Below are positions 46,416 through 49,753 of a DNA stretch of 49,753 nt, piece after piece (the first letter of the stretch is position 1; each line of letters opens with the position of its first letter). Under the pieces are notes generated by a model, which ran no database searches, was not told the DNA's origin, and saw nothing but the letters and a program-made list of their open reading frames with translations. A program made the position numbers and the translations under genes. This DNA is from a virus (taxonomy: Duplodnaviria > Caudoviricetes). The stretch is taken from positions 1 through 49,753 of IMG/VR virus record IMGVR_UViG_3300020042_004316, one strand, 5' to 3'.

Positions 46416-47897
46416 TTAGATGTTGTTGTTGATCAAGGTTTCGTCAATGGTTGCCACACGGATCGCTTCCAATGCTGTGGCTGACTCACTAGGCTGACGG
46501 TTTGCTATGGTTGTGTCCCATGCGTCTTTTACATTCAAGACTTTTAGCGATTTGATAAAGGCGATCACACTGCGGATCGATGGTGCGTCCACGATATCGG
46601 ACGTTTGCACCTTGGCACGTGCCACACGTATCGACTTCATCACGTGGGTTGCCAACTCTTTTGTGCACCCAGTGTGGCGCATAACAGCGTCCACTTCATC
46701 TTTCAAGGGTAGGTACTCCATGCGCACCACTTGTGCAAAGCGATCCATCAGTGCTGAATTCATATCCTTTGTGCCGGCATAGCGTCCGGTCTCATCACCA
46801 TTACCAAGGGTGTTATCGGCACCGAATACCAGTACACCGTTGGCACGTCTGCGGACAGCACCACCGTAGGAAACATTACTATCAGGCTCTAGGAATCCAT
46901 TCAAGATCGCCAAAATCGCAGGGTCTAGGTTGCTTGGCTCATCTAACAAAACGCATGTAGAGGGGTGAGTAAAACCCATGAGGAAATCTTTTTGTTCAAA
47001 GTATGTGCCCTTGACAGGGTCATAGCCGGTTGATCCGATGAAGTCTTCCAGTTGGGTTTGCTTGGTGAAGTTGATACGTTTAAACGCACGTCCGGTGCGG
47101 GCACAGAACTGCTCCACTGATGTTGATTTGCCGGTTGCTTTTTCACCGCCAAGCCACACGTTGTCACCGTTGATATCGGCTAACAGGAAGTGACGCAATA
47201 CCTTTTCAGTCCACACGTGGAAAGGGTTAACAGCGGGTGCAGTTGGGTCATTCCAAATGGAGACCATAAGGGGGTTGCCCTTAGGATCACGCACGTCTAC
47301 ACCGAAAACGTCCAATGCTGACTTGGTATCGATGGGGTAGACCGATGCAAGGTCAGCCACTACAGCCTGTGCCCCGACAGCGTCAACAGCCTGTTTAAAC
47401 GGTGCAAACGCATCAGCCACAACGGTGTTCACCGCACGTGCGATAGCGTCATCGTCAAGGTTGACAGCCCCGATGCTGTGCTCTGCCTTGTCCAAGCGGG
47501 ATGTAATCTTACTCAGTACCTTGCTGTTTTGGATCAGTGAATCAGACAATGCACTGATGCGTCCTAGTGCGTCCTGATGCGCATCGTTGACCTTTTGCAG
47601 TGCGTCCAAGGCTGTGCTTTCGGCACGTGATGCGACAGCGGACGTGGCTTGTACCGTGGCGGACAGTGCGTTGTCCACAGTGGTAGTGGTAGCGGGTTTG
47701 TGGGGGTTGGCCTGTCTGATTAATGCTATGCCCTGATCGTTATTGCCATTGCCATAGTGAGCGAGTACCCAGTCAGTCAGGGTGTCAATGTCCTGTATCG
47801 GACTAGCCCCATGCGGTAGACCAAGGGTTGACAGTGCCCCTGTGCGAATGGGCATGGGGATGCGAGAAATTTCGGTGCGGATTTCGTTGCGGTTCAT
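46416..47897 (-). CDS. MoxR/CbbQ/CobS-like AAA+ ATPase
   Basis: Walker A GEKATGKS, Walker B LLDE, ADNT.GNG, ALMDRF, SIRS; GGAG RBS before ATG 47897; adjacent to the VWA gene. Confidence 0.88.
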   Translation of the reverse strand: MNRNEIRTEISRIPMPIRTGALSTLGLPHGASPIQDIDTLTDWVLAHYGNGNNDQGIALIRQANPHKPATTTTVDNALSATVQATSAVASRAESTALDALQKVNDAHQDALGRISALSDSLIQNSKVLSKITSRLDKAEHSIGAVNLDDDAIARAVNTVVADAFAPFKQAVDAVGAQAVVADLASVYPIDTKSALDVFGVDVRDPKGNPLMVSIWNDPTAPAVNPFHVWTEKVLRHFLLADINGDNVWLGGEKATGKSTSVEQFCARTGRAFKRINFTKQTQLEDFIGSTGYDPVKGTYFEQKDFLMGFTHPSTCVLLDEPSNLDPAILAILNGFLEPDSNVSYGGAVRRRANGVLVFGADNTLGNGDETGRYAGTKDMNSALMDRFAQVVRMEYLPLKDEVDAVMRHTGCTKELATHVMKSIRVARAKVQTSDIVDAPSIRSVIAFIKSLKVLNVKDAWDTTIANRQPSESATALEAIRVATIDETLINNNI

Positions 47898-47911
47898 TTG
47901 TATTACTCCAA

Positions 47912-48511
47912 TTAAACTAAGGTGAGCACGTCTTGATCGACAGGGCATGAGGGGAGACCGTAGGATGCCCATTTGGAAGACAGGCGCACGGTATAGCCAC
48001 AGGATGGGCACTCTGCTTTCAGCATGCGTGTGCCTTGTTTTTTCTTACCGTTGGCAAATGCCAACTCAGCATGTGGGTACGCACCCAGTGAGTCGATGAT
48101 CGCACCGTAGGCTTGGTCAAAACCGTTAGCCCCTTGCGTATAGCCCCATGCGTTTTTACGTGTGGGGTTGACAGGCTCTAACAGCATGGCTGATGCGATC
48201 TTTTGGAAGTTGACACCGTGGTTGAATCCGCCCTTGGCGGTATGGCATAACTCATGCACCAGTACTTCAAACACTTGTTTTGGCTTGGCGATGACAGGGC
48301 TAATTAATATTTCATAGTGCTTGTCGGCACTAGCAGTGTCGATCCAGCATTCGCCAATAGCGTTGTTACGCTTGGCATGTAGGGGAAAGCCACAAGTAAG
48401 GCGCACCTTGTCGGGAAGTATTGACCCTGCGATTTCAAATGCGGGGCGCAGTTCATTGAATGCAACGGTGAGCCACTCTTCACGTGTGGCGTGGACGGTA
48501 GGTAAGGTCAT
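47912..48511 (-). CDS. SprT-like zinc metalloprotease with C-terminal Zn ribbon
   Basis: IGECW, VLVHELCH...H...F, CPSCGY...PSCP. Confidence 0.8.
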   Translation of the reverse strand: MTLPTVHATREEWLTVAFNELRPAFEIAGSILPDKVRLTCGFPLHAKRNNAIGECWIDTASADKHYEILISPVIAKPKQVFEVLVHELCHTAKGGFNHGVNFQKIASAMLLEPVNPTRKNAWGYTQGANGFDQAYGAIIDSLGAYPHAELAFANGKKKQGTRMLKAECPSCGYTVRLSSKWASYGLPSCPVDQDVLTLV

Positions 48512-48529
48512 GTGATGATCTCCAAATAA

Positions 48530-48930
48530 GTAGCAAAATTACTACTGCAATGCCCACAGCATGGGCATCACGGTGTTAACTTATGGTGCGATGCAATCCT
48601 CTTCATTCAATTCACCGACTTCACAAATTACATCAGCCCATTTATCCAGTGGCTTGTCTGTCAGGGCATCGATCAACTGATAACCCTCAGCGACACCGCC
48701 ACGCTCAAACAACCAGTGAACGTATTGATAGACGCTCATTGCTCTAGTGCAAGCATTCCAGTTGTAGGCACTGGGGTTTTTTACGAAAGACTTCTGTACT
48801 GTCTGCAATTCAAACTTAGCCCATTTGGTAACTGCAAGTGGTGTTATTAGTTGTTCCATTCTCATACTCCAATTACGTGGCGAAATTACCACTCCAATGC
48901 CCCCGCAAGGGGCATCAGGGTATTAACTTA
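48530..48930 (-). repeat. Two homologous intergenic double-hairpin elements (48530-48583 and 48877-48930)
   Basis: Minus strand TAAGTTAA.ACC.TGATGCCC-loop-GGGCATTG.AGT[AG]GTAATTT[TC]GC[TC]AC in both copies, each just before an RBS. Confidence 0.75.
48581..48865 (-). CDS. Early hypothetical protein
   Basis: GGAG RBS before ATG 48865; bracketed by the two hairpin elements. Confidence 0.6.
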   Translation of the reverse strand: MRMEQLITPLAVTKWAKFELQTVQKSFVKNPSAYNWNACTRAMSVYQYVHWLFERGGVAEGYQLIDALTDKPLDKWADVICEVGELNEEDCIAP

Positions 48931-49108
48931 CGGTGACGTTTTTCTCTAGGATGGTGTACTCAAGAGACTGATAGGGATCGTCCCTATCGTCACCATTGAT
49001 GCAGTTGAGGAACGCTAGTTCCGCTTCACCTTTGTAGAGATGTACGCTGACTACCTTTTCAATGATGCCTTTGTTGAACGCCACTACTGCATACTTTGTA
49101 ATCTTCAT
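48923..49108 (-). CDS. First early hypothetical protein
   Basis: MKITKYAVV start after AAGGA; non-coding region upstream. Confidence 0.55.
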   Translation of the reverse strand: MKITKYAVVAFNKGIIEKVVSVHLYKGEAELAFLNCINGDDRDDPYQSLEYTILEKNVTVS

Positions 49109-49436
49109 TTTGCTAATCCTTTTTCTGTCTGGCGATGTTGCCAATGCATATTGGATCACATTAATATTGTTATGTCAAACACTGGGATATTTACCTGAGT
49201 AAACCGTAGGGTTATTAGATTGGGTGATCAGTTAGTGGGCACTCATGTACTTATATATAGGTGCTGACAGACAACCTGTGGATATATACAGGCTGTGATT
49301 AACATCAGTAATACATTTGAGGGACAGACCGATTTAAAGGGGCTAGAAGAGGGGTCAAGTGGTTTAGGCGGGGTAGGTATGGGTTGGGAAAATTAGGGGG
49401 CTTCCTGACAATGTGTAAGCATTTCGTTTAACAAAG

Positions 49437-49498
49437 TTATCCACACTGATGTGGGTAAGTCTGTGGACAGTTCAAGTTATTCACATGCCTGTGGACAA
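49437..49498. promoter_or_regulatory. Cluster of DnaA-box-like 9-mers
   Basis: TTATCCACA (49437), TGTGGGTAA (49450), TGTGGACAG (49462), TTATTCACA (49477), TGTGGACAA (49490); also TGTGGATAT at 49277. Confidence 0.7.
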
Positions 49499-49753
49499 GT
49501 GATATAGTGCTGGACATACGAACAGTGCTGTACGTTTAAACAGCATGTGTTTATTTACATAAGACATTTGGGTGAAAGGGTAAGTACTATGGAGAAAATG
49601 ACCAAGGGTGACTACATGCGAGCACTGGAACAGGCGAATGAACCTGATCAAATTGATAACAGTGAAAACCCTGTTCTGAGCGAAGCAGAACGGTTGGCGC
49701 ATATGGCAGACGCACCTAAACGTAGAGTGGATGGAGAAGTGATAACCAGTGAA

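Noticed and set aside
44765-47897. Cobalamin biosynthesis (cobS/cobT) as auxiliary metabolic genes
   Set aside because: No cobN or other cob genes; generic MoxR AAA+/VWA pairs are common in phages, so the gene symbols were withheld.
49148-49178. Early leftward promoter (TTGACA at 49178-49173)
   Set aside because: The position is plausible but the -10 match is poor (TCCAAT at 17 bp); not supported well enough to list as a feature.
49481-49702. 73-aa minus-strand ORF
   Set aside because: It overlaps the DnaA-box cluster, has no convincing RBS or protein-like features, and is probably non-coding.
1-49753. Stop-codon reassignment, or prophage/integration module
   Set aside because: The standard code gives dense, coupled ORFs including very long ones; no integrase, att site or host genes were recognised in this window.

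Overview
A 49.8-kb slice of a tailed dsDNA bacteriophage with podovirus-like organisation. The gene style resembles uncultured freshwater Proteobacteria phages, but the host is inference only. Bases 1-32216 (+) are a virion/late module: head-tail adaptor-like proteins, a 2394-aa repeat-rich tail/adhesin, a tail fibre, an embedded lysis cassette (3TM holin + peptidase M15 endolysin), a tail nozzle-like protein, two ejection-type proteins flanking a DDxxD isoprenoid-synthase-like gene, and a 3595-aa polyvalent protein. That giant protein has a HExxH metallopeptidase, seven cassettes bounded by eight [KR][LF]SL[KR] motifs (ADP-ribosyltransferase-like, Gp88-like, ParB-like) and an LPD38-like C-terminus. 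Bases 32205-38148 (-) are a recombination/middle operon (PD-(D/E)xK exonuclease, Sak3/DUF1071-like annealase, SSB, small proteins). Bases 38160-42073 (+) hold RusA, an ~800-bp non-coding region with tandem repeats and a structured RNA candidate, and a Toprim-SF4 primase-helicase. Bases 42364-49108 (-) are early genes, including a SprT-like protease and a MoxR/CobS-like AAA+ with its VWA partner. The right end has a DnaA-box cluster. The palindrome GTTTAAAC occurs at least 37 times (about 1 expected), and I found none in the first 13.2 kb. No terminase, portal, major capsid, DNA polymerase, integrase, tRNA or CRISPR array was recognised. All family assignments come from motif recognition, not database searches.
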